Part shown: in pieces, positions 43,926-58,716 of the stretch
How the letters are laid out: every line of letters starts with the position of its first letter
How positions within the stretch are numbered: the first letter of the stretch is position 1
DNA from: Eledone cirrhosa
Taxonomy: Eukaryota
Direction of reading: 5' to 3'
Length of the DNA: 64,000 nucleotides
NCBI GenBank assembly: GCA_964016885.1
Contig: OZ024745.1
Coordinates: 105,524,001 to 105,588,000 of the forward strand
Translations under genes and position numbers: made by a program
The notes under the pieces: generated by a model
The model's input: only the letters and a program-made list of their open reading frames with translations
What the model was told of the DNA's origin: nothing
The model's database searches: none

Positions 43926-45799
43926 GCTTTTGACCAGCAAGCAGCTCTATATTTATAGATCTTGCGACTGTCATGCTAACTGAAAGAAGATTAGCAGATT
44001 AAATAAAAAGCAATAGCTTCAGTTTTTACTTTTAATCACAACCAAAATTACTTTTGGCTATTTACAAAGTCTCCATCTGTCATGGAATACGAATAATATA
44101 TTATTATAAGTGACATAAAACGGCTTTGGACAAAGTTCAAAATCTCATAATGGCATTTCTAGTTTTTTTTTTAGAGCTTATGCATTGTTTAATATCACTT
44201 ACTCTGGGGAAAGTAATGGCCATCACAGTGTTTCATTACTCACTGCCCTTGAAATATTATAATGCATTTGTTTATGAAACCAATATTACTGTTTCGTTTA
44301 CGATCTGCCGTCAAACACATCCAGGTCACCTTTTCATTTGCTCGGTGGTCAATAGTATTGCAATTGAAATATATCAAAACCACACCTCTTTTTTTAGCAA
44401 TTAGCTTTAAGTCTAACAAATCAATAATAACTTTCATCTATTCTACAAATAAAATTTATTTTTTCACAACCATCTCTACTTTCCAAATTTAAAAAATCAA
44501 AGTATGAAAATATTCCCTCATTAGTTTAATTAATTAATCATAAATTATATTTAATGCATCAATCAGATTACATAGAAACTTCCCATCACTAATTTCAATT
44601 CAGAAGTATAAGTTAACACCCGAGGACGACCAACAACCGTCTAGGAAAGGGTACATTTATCAAAATTGGAAAGGGTAGTGTGTGGGAAACAGCTTTAACG
44701 TTCTAAATATAATCCGCTTAATTTATACGTATTCCGCTTATGACTGAGAGTAACACATTAACCTATTAGATAATTAGAGTATTTCCGAGAGAACTAGCGC
44801 TGTGAGGATAATTGTGTGACATCTCAGTAAATTGAATTAAGTTATCGGAAGTTTCATATCACAATTCAAATATACGTTTTATCTCCTCTCATTCATTTGG
44901 TGTCCAGAATGTTATTGAATGAAGGAAAATATTTTCATTTAATACTAGTTACAGAAAATGTAGACATAATACTAACGATTAATTACAATTTGCTTTCTTT
45001 AATGGAATTCTATACAAGCATTGATTGTCTCCAATTTCTAGAGATATGAAAATGGATGGCATATAAACATTTTCCCTTGATAGATGATAAACAGACTTTT
45101 CTTTTGGGAAGAGCAGGCAGCGTTGTCAGATGACTATGTTAGCGCTACTATGACTGTAGGCTAAATTAGAGTGTGGCTATTTTTCTCTGAAAGAAGAAAG
45201 AATAATAAAAAGGATGGTGGGTGGTTGGAGGGTAAAAGGGGTGTAAGATGTTGGCCTTTTTTGGTAATAACTCTAATTATTAAGATTTTGCAGTTGTGGA
45301 ATTAATCAGTGAAATCAAAAGCAGAAAAATGCAGCCCAGATTAAGGGATTCATAAAAGAGCAAATAAATAAATAAAGGCTACACTAACTAATGATCAGCA
45401 GGAATCATTCAGGCTTCAGTTAACGTGTTAGATACATAAATGTTAGCAGACAGAAGAAAAACAAATTAAAATCTGTGGCAACAACTTTCAACTAGATTGA
45501 CTGATCTGTTGAGTATTATGCTGTTTCTGAATCAGAGTCAAGGCAAGTATAGAATCTCTAGATTTAGCCGATTTGTAGTGTCACTTAGCGTAGTGTAGCG
45601 TAGTGGATTAACTTCGCTATACATACAATCTCAACAACCGATTGAGTTACCATTAATAACACAGTTTACTAATTCCTTAATTCTAGAAAACCGGCTCGTC
45701 TTTTATGACTCATAAGGTCAAAATAATCCAACGATTTTAAACGCTTATTGAAAGAAAAACATGTACGCGCATGTATGTATGTAAGTAAGTATGTATGTA

Positions 45800-48700
45800 T
45801 CTATGTTCTTCTGGTTTTATAATTTCACAAATTTTTACCAATAGAGAAAGAGTCGGTTTCTAACATAGACACATGTTTCTAACATAGACACATGTTTCTA
45901 GCATAGACACATGGATTGTACTTGTAATTTCCTAACTAGTTGTGTTCTTTTTGTTCCTGAGAAGCCTAACTTCTCAAGATTTGTATTGAGGCAGTTACTA
46001 ACATACCCCAGTGCCCCAATAATCACAGGTATAAACCCGAAGGTGTAATCAGTGTGGAGTATCTGCAGATTTCTCATTAGTTCTGCATGAATAGTCTCCT
46101 TTTCGCTAATCTTTGATATATTGGCATCGGCATGGCAGTTAATTTCCACTACTGTGCATGCTTTCTTTCCCTGTCCCATATCATAATATCTGGTCTGTTA
46201 TGCCTGCATCTTATTGGGGTTTTTACTGGAACATTCCACCAGCACTCTTTCATATTATATATATGGATGTCTTCCACAATGTTGTAGCTTTTAATGTGTT
46301 TATTATAGGGGCTATCTTTTCTACGGATTGCATTGTACAGTGTTTTGGCCACTGCATCATACCTCATAGGTAGATAGTACCGCGATGACATCTTTGGACA
46401 GCTGCTGATGATATGAGTGACATCTTTGATGTTAATTCTGCAGAGTCTGCACTTGGTATCACATTTAGGTGTTTTGCCTGCATCCCTATCTCTTTTGTGA
46501 ATCAGGTATTTCGTGTTAATTTCCTGTTCCTGGATTGCAAAGGCGTATCCTTCAAAGTGGGAGCCAATATAGCGGTTGTTGGTTCAAGATACTTTCCTTA
46601 TCTATATTACTCTCACTCTGGAGCTTCCTGCCAACATATCCATGCATGATTTTTTGCTGATAAGCATGCAGTTTTTCATCCATGGATTCACTGCGATACT
46701 GCTGAGCGACTTCCTTGGGTGTGAGTTTTTGATTATAACACAGGGAATATCTCTCGAGGAGTTCCTTCCCAACTCTCATGATCTTATCTGTTTCATGCAG
46801 ATAGACTTGCTCGAGAGACAGGCTCCTGCGCTTCGAGGTTCGTAGATGTCGGAGGGATATGATGCGACATTCAAATGCTGTCTGGACTGATGTTAGGCCT
46901 CTGCCTTCCTGCTTACGTTTCAAGTAAAGGCAGTCTATGTCACTGTTGATGTGGACGTTTCCGGTGTTGTTTAGTATTTTTCGAGTTCTAACATCAACTG
47001 CTCGGATTTCGTCTATCATCCAATTGAGTATTCCAAACGTTGGTGTTAGGACAGGCACAACAAACACATTGTGGGCCACTGTTTTGTTTTGCGCAGAGAG
47101 TTCCGATGACAAAATCTTTCTTAATCGGGTGTAGTAGTCCCTGATTACGCGTTCCTTATTACAGATACCATTATAGGATATGTTCTCATCTATCCCCAGG
47201 TATCTGTAGCAGTCCTCATCAGATATCGGTGAAACAGTTAGGCCATTGATAATAATGTTGCTAGATTGGGTTGTTGTTTTTCCCCGCTTTACAGTCATGT
47301 ATGAGCATTTATCTTGGCCAAACTCCATTCCTATATCCTTTGAGAACGTTGTAACGAGGTCAAGATTTTTCTTCACCCCATCCATGTTCTTGCCATAGAG
47401 TTTCAGATCATCCACAAAGAAATTATGGGTTAGGTTCTTATTTCTGTCCTCCTGTATACTTCACATTTCTTGAGCAGAAAGGACAAGGAATTTAATGACA
47501 GGATAAATAATATCACAGAGAGACTGTCTCCCTGAAATATACACCTGCGAAATTTTATTTTATCAGTGAAAATAGAGTCCTCTTCTCTGTCTTTAACCTT
47601 AGGATAGTAGCCCAAGAAGAAGACAGCTTCTCTATGGCTCTGATAATAATGTCTGGGACTTTAGAAAGTTGGAGGGCCTCTATCATCGAAGAGTGGGGAA
47701 CAGAATCGAAAACTTTCCTGTAGTCCAGCCAGACTGTAGCCATATTCCTCCTAAATTGTCGCACCTCCGACATCGCAGTTTTGTTGATTAGGAGTTGTTC
47801 AGCACATCCCTAACCCCCTTTTTTCCAACTGCTTGTTCATCTGTGATGATGTTATTATTTTCACAGTGATCTTGGAGGAATAGGTTCATGCAGGCTGAAT
47901 ACTTCTTATACATCAGGTTCTGGCATGCAATGGGTCGGTAGTTTTTTGCCAAGTGGGTGTCTTTGTTCTTGGGGACCAGTAATGTTTGTGCTAATGTCAA
48001 CCATTCTGGTATAAGTGTATCTCCCTTAATAACCTGTTGGTAGAGGTCAGTAAGATACCTCCGATAGAATATCAGTTTTTGTACCAGTAGCCGACAATCA
48101 TCTCTCTTCCTGATGTTTTCTTATCTTGGAGTTTTCCTACTACAGTCTCAAGGGTACCCTCACATATTTGGTATGTTTTTGTTGTAGTGTAGGAGCAATA
48201 GTTCTTTCTGATTTTTTTGTAGCCACACACTGCATCTTGGTTGAAATTCTTCTTTTCACCCCATATTTTTCTCCAGAAGGAATCTATGTCTTTCTGGGAT
48301 GGGGCCTCAATGACACTTATTATTTTGACACATCTCTATAGACTGATGTTTGGTTTCGTCTGAATCTTTTATTAAGCAATTTTCTTTCATCTACTTTCTT
48401 CAGGTATCGGCGTTTTTCGCTAACAGCTCTCAATTCTTGTTTGAGGGTGATCAGCTTATATTGAAGAGTTCTGGTTCTACTGTTACCAAACATCGTCTCT
48501 ATTTTATTTTTCACTCTTTGTTGGTGAGGAGTGAGGTTTTTTGTGTTTGTTTGCATCTAAGGAGCATTGTCACATATTCTATGGTTTTTCGTAGGTCAGC
48601 AATTTTTTTTTCTAATTTAGTTATATATGATGGTATTTTTGGTGGTGTTTTGTTCTTGTTAATATCTCTGCTATCACCAAGATAATGCTTTACTGCCGTT

Positions 48701-49945
48701 GCTAAGGCATATAAACAGGCGTTTATTTGCCAAAATGTTGGGGTTTTTACCCGTCGTAAATATTCATCCCCTATTTCGTCAATAACACGTAATATATCAT
48801 TATTTGTTTTTTGTATTGGCAGTATCGGTAGAGGGTCGGATGCCATGCTTTGAAGCATAGAGTTACCTCCCTGTATGATCTGAGTTCAAATCCCGCCGAG
48901 GTTAACTTTGCCTTTCATCCTTCCGGGGTCGATAGAATAAAGTACCAGTAATGCATTGGGTAATTGCTGGCCTTGTGCCAAATGTAGAAACAATTATTTG
49001 TTTTTTTTTAAATTAAATATTGTCGTTTTAATACGTTCAGCAAGAGAGATATTTATACATGAATTAATTTCTCTCTGGAAGATTTCGTTGAGGGATATTT
49101 TCAATTGTTTATACTTTTGATTATTATCATTATCGATAGTATTTTCCACAATAGTCGAGGTATACTCGGATGGTACACGTGGTGTCAAATTTGTTCGATT
49201 ATTATTATAATTTCTTCCATTATTATTATTATCTATAGTGTTTTCCCCAGCATTCGAGGTAGACTTAGATGGTACACGCGGTGTCAAGTTTCTTAGAGGA
49301 CTAGTTGTTTCAAGGCACTGTACGACCTGGCTGCTAGGAAGTCTAGTAGCATGGCGACCTGTAGCACGTGTTGTTGATCCCATGTTTGTTGTGGGGCATT
49401 TACAATTAATAATATTTATCTTATTTTTACGTTCAACAAACGTCGCTTGTTGGCGTAATTGTTTCGCTGTGAAGTGATTTAGCTCTGGCTGCATTTCGTC
49501 CCAGTGTAGCTTCATTCTGTTCATATAGCCAATGGAGGGATTGTTTTTTTGGGGGGCCATTTTATAACAATTAAATAAATCATCATTAATTTCGCAACTC
49601 CAAGAGAAATGTGATTTATAATTTCGGTTTCTTCTGTAGCTACAACTGAATAAATTTTGTTTACCTTTCTCGTTTTTCTTCGGTATTCCACTGATATTGT
49701 TGTAGTTGATGTTGTGTTCAGCCATTTTGTTTGTAGAAAATACTTTTAAAATGAATTATGTATTTAGTCGGATATCTCTACGAATTCGAATATAAGGTGT
49801 CATCAGTAGATATAGTTAGAAGAATAATCAGTTATTCAGCATGACTGTAGTTGTGGCATTACTGTCGGAGATAGTATTCATCTTAAATTTAATAAATAGT
49901 CTCCCACGCCAAGATATGTGTCTGATCGCGTTGACTGTGTATTGT
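45800..49945 (-). mobile_element. Decayed R4/Dong-like non-LTR retrotransposon (RT plus restriction-like endonuclease)
   Basis: KNYRPIAC, WLDYRKVFDSVPH, IFQGDSLS, FVDDLKLY, YRYLG, CCHC (CRLC..THIISSC), HNRPDIMIWD; (TATG)n on both flanks. Confidence 0.9.
48813..48992 (+). mobile_element. SINE family A nested in the R4-like ORF
   Basis: 14-bp TSD ATTATTTGTTTTTT (48799-48812, 48993-49006). Confidence 0.92.
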
Positions 49946-49975
49946 ATGTATGTATGTATGTACTGAGTACCTTCC

Positions 49976-50008
<33 letters not shown>

Positions 50009-50055
50009 TGTATGTATGTATGTATGTATGTATGTATGTATGTATGTATGTATGT

Positions 50056-50365
50056 ACACATGGTTTTGTGGTTAGGGAATTCGGCTCATGATCATAAGGT
50101 CGTAAGTTCGATTCCCAGCGGCGCGATGTGTCATAGAGCAGCAAATTTTATTTCACATTGCTCCAGTTCGCTCAGCTGGTAAAAATGAGTTCTACCTGTA
50201 ATTCGAAGGGCCAGCCTTGTCACATTCTGTGTCATACCGAATCTCCCTGAGAACTACGTTAAGGGTATGCATGTTTGTGGAATGATCTGCCACTTGCACG
50301 TTAAATTCACGAGCAGACTGTTCTGATGACCGTATCAACTGGAACACTCGTCGTCGTAACCGACT
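50056..50365 (+). mobile_element. SINE family B
   Basis: Similar to 42765-43078; flanked by (TATG)n. Confidence 0.8.
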
Positions 50366-50376
50366 GAGTACCTTCC

Positions 50377-50409
<33 letters not shown>

Positions 50410-50449
50410 TGTATGTATGTATGTATGTATGTATGTATGTATGTATGTA

Positions 50450-51006
50450 TCCCAGTACAACCTCTCTCATGGTCGGGTCGTTGGCGACTAAACTGGCAAC
50501 CCCACCAAGGTTTCTTGGTGAGGAGGGTGACTTTGGACATCCTGCAGGACTAAAAACAAAACCTGTCAAAGAGTCAATGGCCATCCAAAATCACCGGGAG
50601 AGATGACCCCTTAGCCTTTGTAAAGGCAGAATTCTAGGAGAAGGAAAACTCTGATATAACACCTGCAACCCTGGCGGTATCCAATGATGTTGACTTGTTC
50701 TTCTTTTTGGTAAATATCATCTTAGTTAAGAGAGTGGGACTGGCTTTGTGCAGTGCCTTTGCTCACTATAAAAGCTTCACGGCACAGGCATTGCTTTATA
50801 TCTGGAGATCTCTCTGCACTTGTCGTCACAGGGTACCATGGGCCCAGCACTATGTGTCAATAATTGTCACAAGTGTAGTGTTTGTACCAGAGTTTTCAAG
50901 TCGCTGGCTGGACGAAAAAGTCACACTCGTTCAGCGCATCGGTAGGAGTTCTCCTACATGGATATAAAGTAGTGGCCGTACTCGAAAACGAGTTGGCAGC
51001 CACCAT
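50450..51006 (+). mobile_element. Family C RTE-related non-autonomous element (longest copy)
   Basis: CTAGGAGAAGGAAAACTCTGA; 3' hairpin ACTCG-AAAA-CGAGT; (TATG)n flanks. Confidence 0.75.
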
Positions 51007-51027
51007 GTATGTATGTAAGTATGTATG

Positions 51028-51058
<31 letters not shown>

Positions 51059-51067
51059 GTATGTATG

Positions 51068-51140
51068 TATCTTTTCCAGACTTTATTTCTACAAATTTTC
51101 ATCAATGTTGAAAAAGCCGGTTACTAACCTAGAAACAAGG
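51068..51140 (-). mobile_element. R4/Dong-like 3' end fragment
   Basis: Similar to 45803-45875 and likewise abuts (TATG)n. Confidence 0.55.
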
Positions 51141-52977
51141 ATCTTGACATCAAATTTTGACATCAAATGGCTATTCGTGTATGTATGTAAGTGTGCAAGC
51201 ATGGATACCATTGCATATGTGGATCTATATATTTTGCTTTATGCATGTGCACATATACATATGTTTGCATTTCTACACGGATACAAATGCATCTGTTATA
51301 TTAAAAGAAGCCACTGGATTGTTGTACATTTTTGCAAAGTACCGTTAAAGGCTGGTTGGCAGCTGTAGTTTTGTAATTGTATCCATGTATGAAAACATGT
51401 TTTTACATACACACATACGTACACATATATTTGTATGTCTCTGTGTGTGTATTCAGACATCATTAGGACTATATTTTCTACGGGTTACATTGTGTAATAT
51501 TTTGGCTACGACTTGTGTCAGCAATCGTTAACTTAGCTACCGACCCGGTGTTTCTTTAACTGATCACGGGAATATGAAAAGCAAAGTCGATTCTCTCGAG
51601 ATTTGAACTCAGAATATAATGGGGTGAGTTACTTTGTTCGGCGTTGTATCAATTTCTTTATTCACCACTATATCATTAAGCATAATATTAATTTTTATAT
51701 TTGGTGCAGGTTCACATTTTAGTAAGATATAAATCCGACTAAATCAACTCTAGGACATGTGCCAACACTTCTTATATGAAATTCACCTGTTAGTTTGTGA
51801 AAGAAAACAAAAACAGCGGTAAGTTTTAGCTACGTTCAAAGAAAGGGAAGGCAATTTCAAGAAATTAAGCATTTAATTCACAAAATCTAATTTATATGTA
51901 TTAATGTAAGAAAGGCAAACTGATCGCCGGCGAGATTTTATACGATATTCAGCTCTGCTATTCTTTAAGCATACTGTGTGGGTGGGTTATGGTGCGTCTA
52001 TTCCCTTCGGATTATCTTACCCAACATAGTTTTCTGCTCTATAACACTGTAATTTGATTTGACTTTCTTCTCTCTTTCTTACAGTGTTGTGGTTTCAATT
52101 GATTTTCTCACTGATTATTTTACTTTCGGTCAAACACCTCTGAAAATTGAGAGTTATTAGCTTATATTCACGTCTCATTATACTATTTCTCTGTTTTACT
52201 GATTTCACTTAATCGTTTGTGGCTCCACAGGGAGCACCGTCTTATTGTTATTTCCGACCATCATTACGATTCACTATTCAAGATTTACTTGCTGTAGTTG
52301 TTAAGCTCTAGGTAGATCAAGATTGAGCAAGCGTGTGATCAAAGACGTGGCTATCTCGCTTATTTTTAGTATCCAGTATCTAGTATCGCATTATCTAAAG
52401 TAGTTTTGGGATTGTTTTTAAGATGGGAGGATGTGATTGAAGGGGAAATTGTTTGCTATTTCCACCATGCCATGCAATTGGGTAAAGGCTTCCCCGCTGG
52501 CTAGCTACGTTTTTAGTGAGCAGAGAAGCAATTTTCTTTTTCACACTTGATAATTGTTTTCAGTAGATTGTAAATTTACCAATCAATTCAAAGACACACG
52601 TTGTTTATTATTGTTGTATTTCTTGTTTAGCACCAAATCTGATTTGACTAGGCAGATCTGTGATTCATAATATTATTATTTTATTTCCATGACAAAGAGT
52701 TCTAACTTGTTGTAATATGAGATCAGTCTTCTTCTTCTTCTTCTTCTCATCATCATATTTGTTGTTGCGACGTGTAAGACGTACCATCTGAGCTCCAGCA
52801 GGTTGGTGGAGCTGGGGCGTAGTAACGCTGATGAGGAAAGACAAGAACAAGAGGGATATCTTAGACAATTTCAGGCCCATATCTTTTCACTAGTAATGCA
52901 CTGGGGTCGATTCAATCGACTTTTCCCTCCCCTCAAAATTATTGGTCCTGTGCCTTAATTATAAACCATTATTATTA

Positions 52978-53262
52978 GATTGGCAGTATCGGTAGAGAGT
53001 CGGACGCCATGCTTTCCAGCATAGTTACGTCCCTTTACGATCTGAGTTCAAATCCCGCCGAGGTTGACTTTGCCTTTCATCCTTACGGGATCGATAAAAT
53101 AAGGTACCAGTAATGCACTGGTTAATTGCTGGCCTTGTGCCTAAAGTAGAAACAATTATTAACACATAACTTTGCTTTCATACTTACGGGGTCGATAAAA
53201 TAAAGTACCAGTAATGCACTGGGTAATTTCTGGCCTTGTGCCAAACGTAGAAACAATTATTA
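52978..53262 (+). mobile_element. SINE family A with tandem duplication of its 3' half
   Basis: Full copy to ~53160, then the 3' half again at 53168-53262. Confidence 0.88.
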
Positions 53263-53724
53263 ACACATAACGCGCAAACTCGTTGGTTTAATCATCTTTA
53301 CCACCTCCCAAATTTTTGACCTTGTTCCTAAATCAGAAACCATTATTATTAGTTAGGGTGATTGGTTGCTGGCAGTTTTAAAGCGTCGGACATATGCGAT
53401 ACAGCATTCTTCCTGATTTTTTATGTTCTGAAATCAAATTTCACTAAGGAATTTACCTTTGTTTCCAGAGTCGATAAAATAAGGTACCAGTCAAGTACTG
53501 GCGTCGATTTAATCGGCTTTCCTCTCCCCAGATTACTTGCCTTGTGTCTAAAGAAGAAATCATTATGCAATAGTGTTTAACTAAACTATAGATTCATACT
53601 CTCTTTATATTTTCATTTCAAATCCAGCCGCTATCGATTTTGGCTTTCTTGAGACTTGATGAAATATATGTTTTACGTATTGCGCCTAGATAATATAGTT
53701 TTGTTCGCATACACACACACGCGT

Positions 53725-53798
<74 letters not shown>

Positions 53799-54456
53799 TC
53801 ACATGTTCACACACTCATATGGGTATGTGATAGATGGATAGATAGATAAATAGATAGATAGATGTAAAGTAAAATAAATGACCTCATATATCTTTTACAT
53901 CTGTTGCCCACTGCATGTACTAAGTAATATTTGCTACACAGTACAGATGCACGCCAACTGCAAAAGCACTTCCCGTTGATCTATATAAACAAAACCACAT
54001 TTCCTGGTAGTGTACCTCCATTATCTTCCCAAATCCCTCTTCTATCTTCACAAAATTCTAGCTCTCTTCCTCAATCGATATATTCTGATCTGTAAGCACT
54101 AGACTATATCCTATTCTAAACGTTTCCCCTTATACACTTCCAATATGTTAACAGTGATGGATGGAGCAAAAACATCTTTCGGAAACACATTGAATCTCTC
54201 GCTTTTCCATTATTACCACACTTAGAGCTTTTGTAAACGAAGATCTACTCAAAACATTAGCCTATCAGTGATTCTCGTTCTAACGAAGGCCATCTAAACA
54301 GTGTAGTTACATTCTACATTAGCGAAAAGTTTGATCGGAATTTATCACACAAATCACCCGGCAAAACTGTCCGCCGAAGAACGCCACACGTTTCTCATAT
54401 TTCGTGTTTACCTGTTTAAGGAAGTTTTTTTTTTACTCAAATGCTAACACCCCCCA

Positions 54457-55213
<757 letters not shown>

Positions 55214-56565
55214 ATATGTTATGATTTTACAAGGTGAAGATAGATTGAGGGTAATGAGTAAACAAGTATTATAGAGTGTATAATGCCCTTTAAAGTAAGG
55301 TAGATGGGTATATTTTAAAGAGGTGTATGTATATGTGCCTTTGAGAAAAGATTCTAAATTGATAAAGAATTGAATATTAACTGTATACTTTGTGAAAAGT
55401 TCTAAATAGACGCACAGATTTGTTTTCTATCTGCCTGCATAAATTCCATAGAACTTTTCACAAAGTATACAGTTAATATTCAATTCTTTATCAATTTAGA
55501 ATCTTTTCTCAAAGGCACATATACATACACCTCTTTAAAATATACCCATCTACCTTACTTTAAAGGGCATTATACACTCTATAATACTTGTTTACTCATT
55601 ACCATCATTCTATCTTCACCTTGTAAAATCATAACATATACAATATTCATCCGCAATCATTATTATTTTTTCTCTCTATCATAAATCTTTTTAATCTCAA
55701 TTTCATCCTTAATTTATTATTTTTTTCTCCCCATCAACGAACTCATTATTAATACATATTAACTCTTTATTCGCATATATTATCAATTCAACCAATATAC
55801 AAACTTTAACTTCACATTATTTTTCTCAAATCCTTCTACACACAAACCTTAATAATTTTTCTCTTCGTTAATTTTGAAATTGCCACAATATATACATTTC
55901 TTTTTTTGACGTTAGAATATTCATCCACAATTATTATTTTTTTCTCTCTATCTTCATACATAATTTCCCTTCGTTAATTTTCAAATTCCTTTAATTTATA
56001 CATTATCTTCCAACGGTTCCCAACCTCTCTATGTTAAAACAATATATCTTTTTCTCAGTTATAAAAACTATCTATTTCTCTCTATCACCCATCTCTCCCT
56101 CTCCACCTTCACTCTCATCTCCTCCCCCTTTTTTTCATCACCCCCTCCCTAAATAAAATATTTTTTCCTCGCACATATCCTCCCTTCGTTAATTTTCAAA
56201 ATTTTTAATTTATACAGTATCTTCCAACGGTTTTCAACCTCTCTATGTAAAAAATATATCTCCTCTCAGTTATAAAAACTATCTCTTTCTCTCTATCACC
56301 CATCTCTCCCTCTCATCTCCTTCCCTTTTCATCCTTTCTAACCCCCCCTCTCTAAATAAAATATTTTTTCCCAATATCACACATCAATCTAAAACCACTT
56401 TTCATATGTTGATTTAAAACTGCACTATCCACAAGTGTTTTTTAGCCTTCATATCATGTTCTCCTGTTTTATCTGATGAAAACACAAATATTATTGCATG
56501 ATGATGTTTATTTTTGAAATGCGCATAATAAAATACATGGAACTCCTTTAACCATCTTTTGATCT

Positions 56566-56566
<1 letters not shown>
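55214..56566 (+). mobile_element. PLE-type 3' segment with 5' fold-back (190-bp arms) and terminal HHR
   Basis: 55214-55404 vs 55449-55639 inverted; ~195-bp direct repeats at ~55965 and 56180; HHR at 56465; then a TA tract. Confidence 0.65.
56465..56535 (+). ncRNA. Type I hammerhead ribozyme with G-U-rich long stem II
   Basis: TGTTTTAT CTGATGA AAA..AAATATTATT GCAT GATGATGTTT..TTT GAA ATGCGCAT A ATAAAATA. Confidence 0.8.
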
Positions 56567-56630
<64 letters not shown>

Positions 56631-56644
56631 TATATATATATATA

Positions 56645-56711
<67 letters not shown>

Positions 56712-56712
56712 G

Positions 56713-56743
<31 letters not shown>

Positions 56744-56784
56744 TATATATATAGTATATATATATATATATATATAGTATATAT

Positions 56785-56835
<51 letters not shown>

Positions 56836-56842
56836 TATATAG

Positions 56843-56873
<31 letters not shown>

Positions 56874-57114
56874 TATATATATATAGTATATATATATATA
56901 TAGTATATATATATATATACAAACATAAATTATCGAGAATCGCATTTCGGCCCACGAAATAACGAAAAACAACCTCCGAGATGTGCGGCAAGTGCTCAAT
57001 GATTCAGATGAACCAGAGCTATGACAAACGCTAAAGGCCAAACACACTGAGACGATGGTTAAAGAATCATTCGCATAGCAAAAAAAAACACGATCAAGTA
57101 ATAAATATATATAT

Positions 57115-57715
57115 ATAGTAATAATAATAATAATAATAGTAATAATAATACTTTCTTTATTAACCACAAGAGTTTACATAAAGTAGACATTAAGGACAGT
57201 ACAGGACAATACAGGACGGTACAAATGGGCATTTCTGCGTGTAAAAAAACAAAAACAGTGGATGTAACAAAAAATAACAATGAAAAATTCCCCAGTACGG
57301 GGGAGATTTCCGAGGGGCATTTGTGGAGAAAGCCCATTAAAAGGCCACAGTGACCCTGACCACTAGGGCAAGTGCCCTCTCCCAGTTATCCACCTTTAAT
57401 TTACAGATACATACTCAGAGTAGGCCCATTTACTCGGGCCATACTTGCTTCTCTCACCCATCTCTCAACAAAATGCTGGGAAGAGAACACATCCCTCTCT
57501 ACCCTGATTTTCCTTTTCAAATGAAATTTGAAAAAAAGTTAATCAGGGCATCACCGAAGAGGTAAGTGCTCGTCTTCAGCCCTTTCAAACGTGTCCACCA
57601 TACTATCTCTTTCGCCATGGCCACCAAACAGATAAAAACTGCCTGCCCTTCCCGGCTAAAGGAAGAGGGTGGGGCAATCCTCACGATTGACTCAGCTGAT
57701 CCGTCCTACACGTGA
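57115..57715 (-). mobile_element. Tx1/L1-like LINE 3' end
   Basis: Minus strand reads ICLVAMAKEIVWWTRLKG; AATAAA plus (TTA)n tail. Confidence 0.7.
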
Positions 57716-57787
57716 CAGTAATAATAATAAATTTGAAGACTATAATCCAAAGAGGGCTCGATAAGGATAAATATATATATATATATA

Positions 57788-57858
<71 letters not shown>

Positions 57859-57859
57859 A

Positions 57860-58114
57860 TATTTCGTTTCTGAATTTGTTTAGCAAGATTCTTTGTCTGA
57901 AAACGTGTGTTGAATTCGATATTGTTATACTTTGGGAGGGTCATGTTGCCAATAAGAAACACACGCACCAGTGCTTTCACTTCAATTTATTATAATACAT
58001 TTATAAATTTAGGAATTTATAAAGTTCCTGTTGGTTGGTTGGTTCCACAACCAGATGGATGTTTATATATTGTCAAAGTTCTTTCGTCACACATTCTGTG
58101 ACCTCTTCAGAGAC
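57860..58114 (-). mobile_element. Solo pseudo-LTR of the Naiad-like PLE, with HHR at 58072-58114
   Basis: Reverse complement of 63563-63800 and 36350-36550. Confidence 0.8.
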
Positions 58115-58625
58115 TGGCAGGAAGGTATACATTGCTGACGATAGCTCATAAGCTTGAAACTAGTACAGCGTTCCTTTGTCAGTGTTGAACAAACGAGTAA
58201 CAATGGTTGCTAGACACTACGGCTTAATACGGGATGTTTGTTTACAAACACACCGAGCATTATCATAAATGTTCGGTGAATCCATACGTACATATATATA
58301 TGTCTGCATGTATGTATATATATATACATACATACTACTGTACGTCTGTATACATATATGTATGTGTACATACTTATATTTAAGTAACAGCCGTACTAAG
58401 AGTGGGAAATGAAATTTCGTTTCATTTTTTCCGTTTATCGTTTTCGGTGCACCCGGCCGATTAATCCACTCGATATGCAAATTGGGCTACTCAGCCGTTA
58501 ATATGCATAAGGTAAGTATATACGTTCAACAATCTGGCATATATATATATGTGTGCATGTATGTATATATATACATACTACTGTACGTCTGTATACATAT
58601 ATGTATGTACGTGTACATACTCATA
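58115..58625 (+). mobile_element. Candidate retrozyme (~1.2 units), HHR at 58130-58170
   Basis: CATTG CTGACGA T AGCT CATA AGCT T GAA ACTAGT A CAGCG; octamer at 58475-58482. Confidence 0.75.
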
Positions 58626-58647
58626 TTTATGTATATATAAATATATA

Positions 58648-58716
<69 letters not shown>

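Noticed and set aside
43700-45700. Non-repetitive stretch that might hold host exons
   Set aside because: No ORF with recognisable motifs or convincing splice-bounded frame; small exons cannot be excluded without RNA data
48511-48858. MLQSMASDPLPILPI apparent protein start (also 62084-62374)
   Set aside because: Antisense translation of SINE family A
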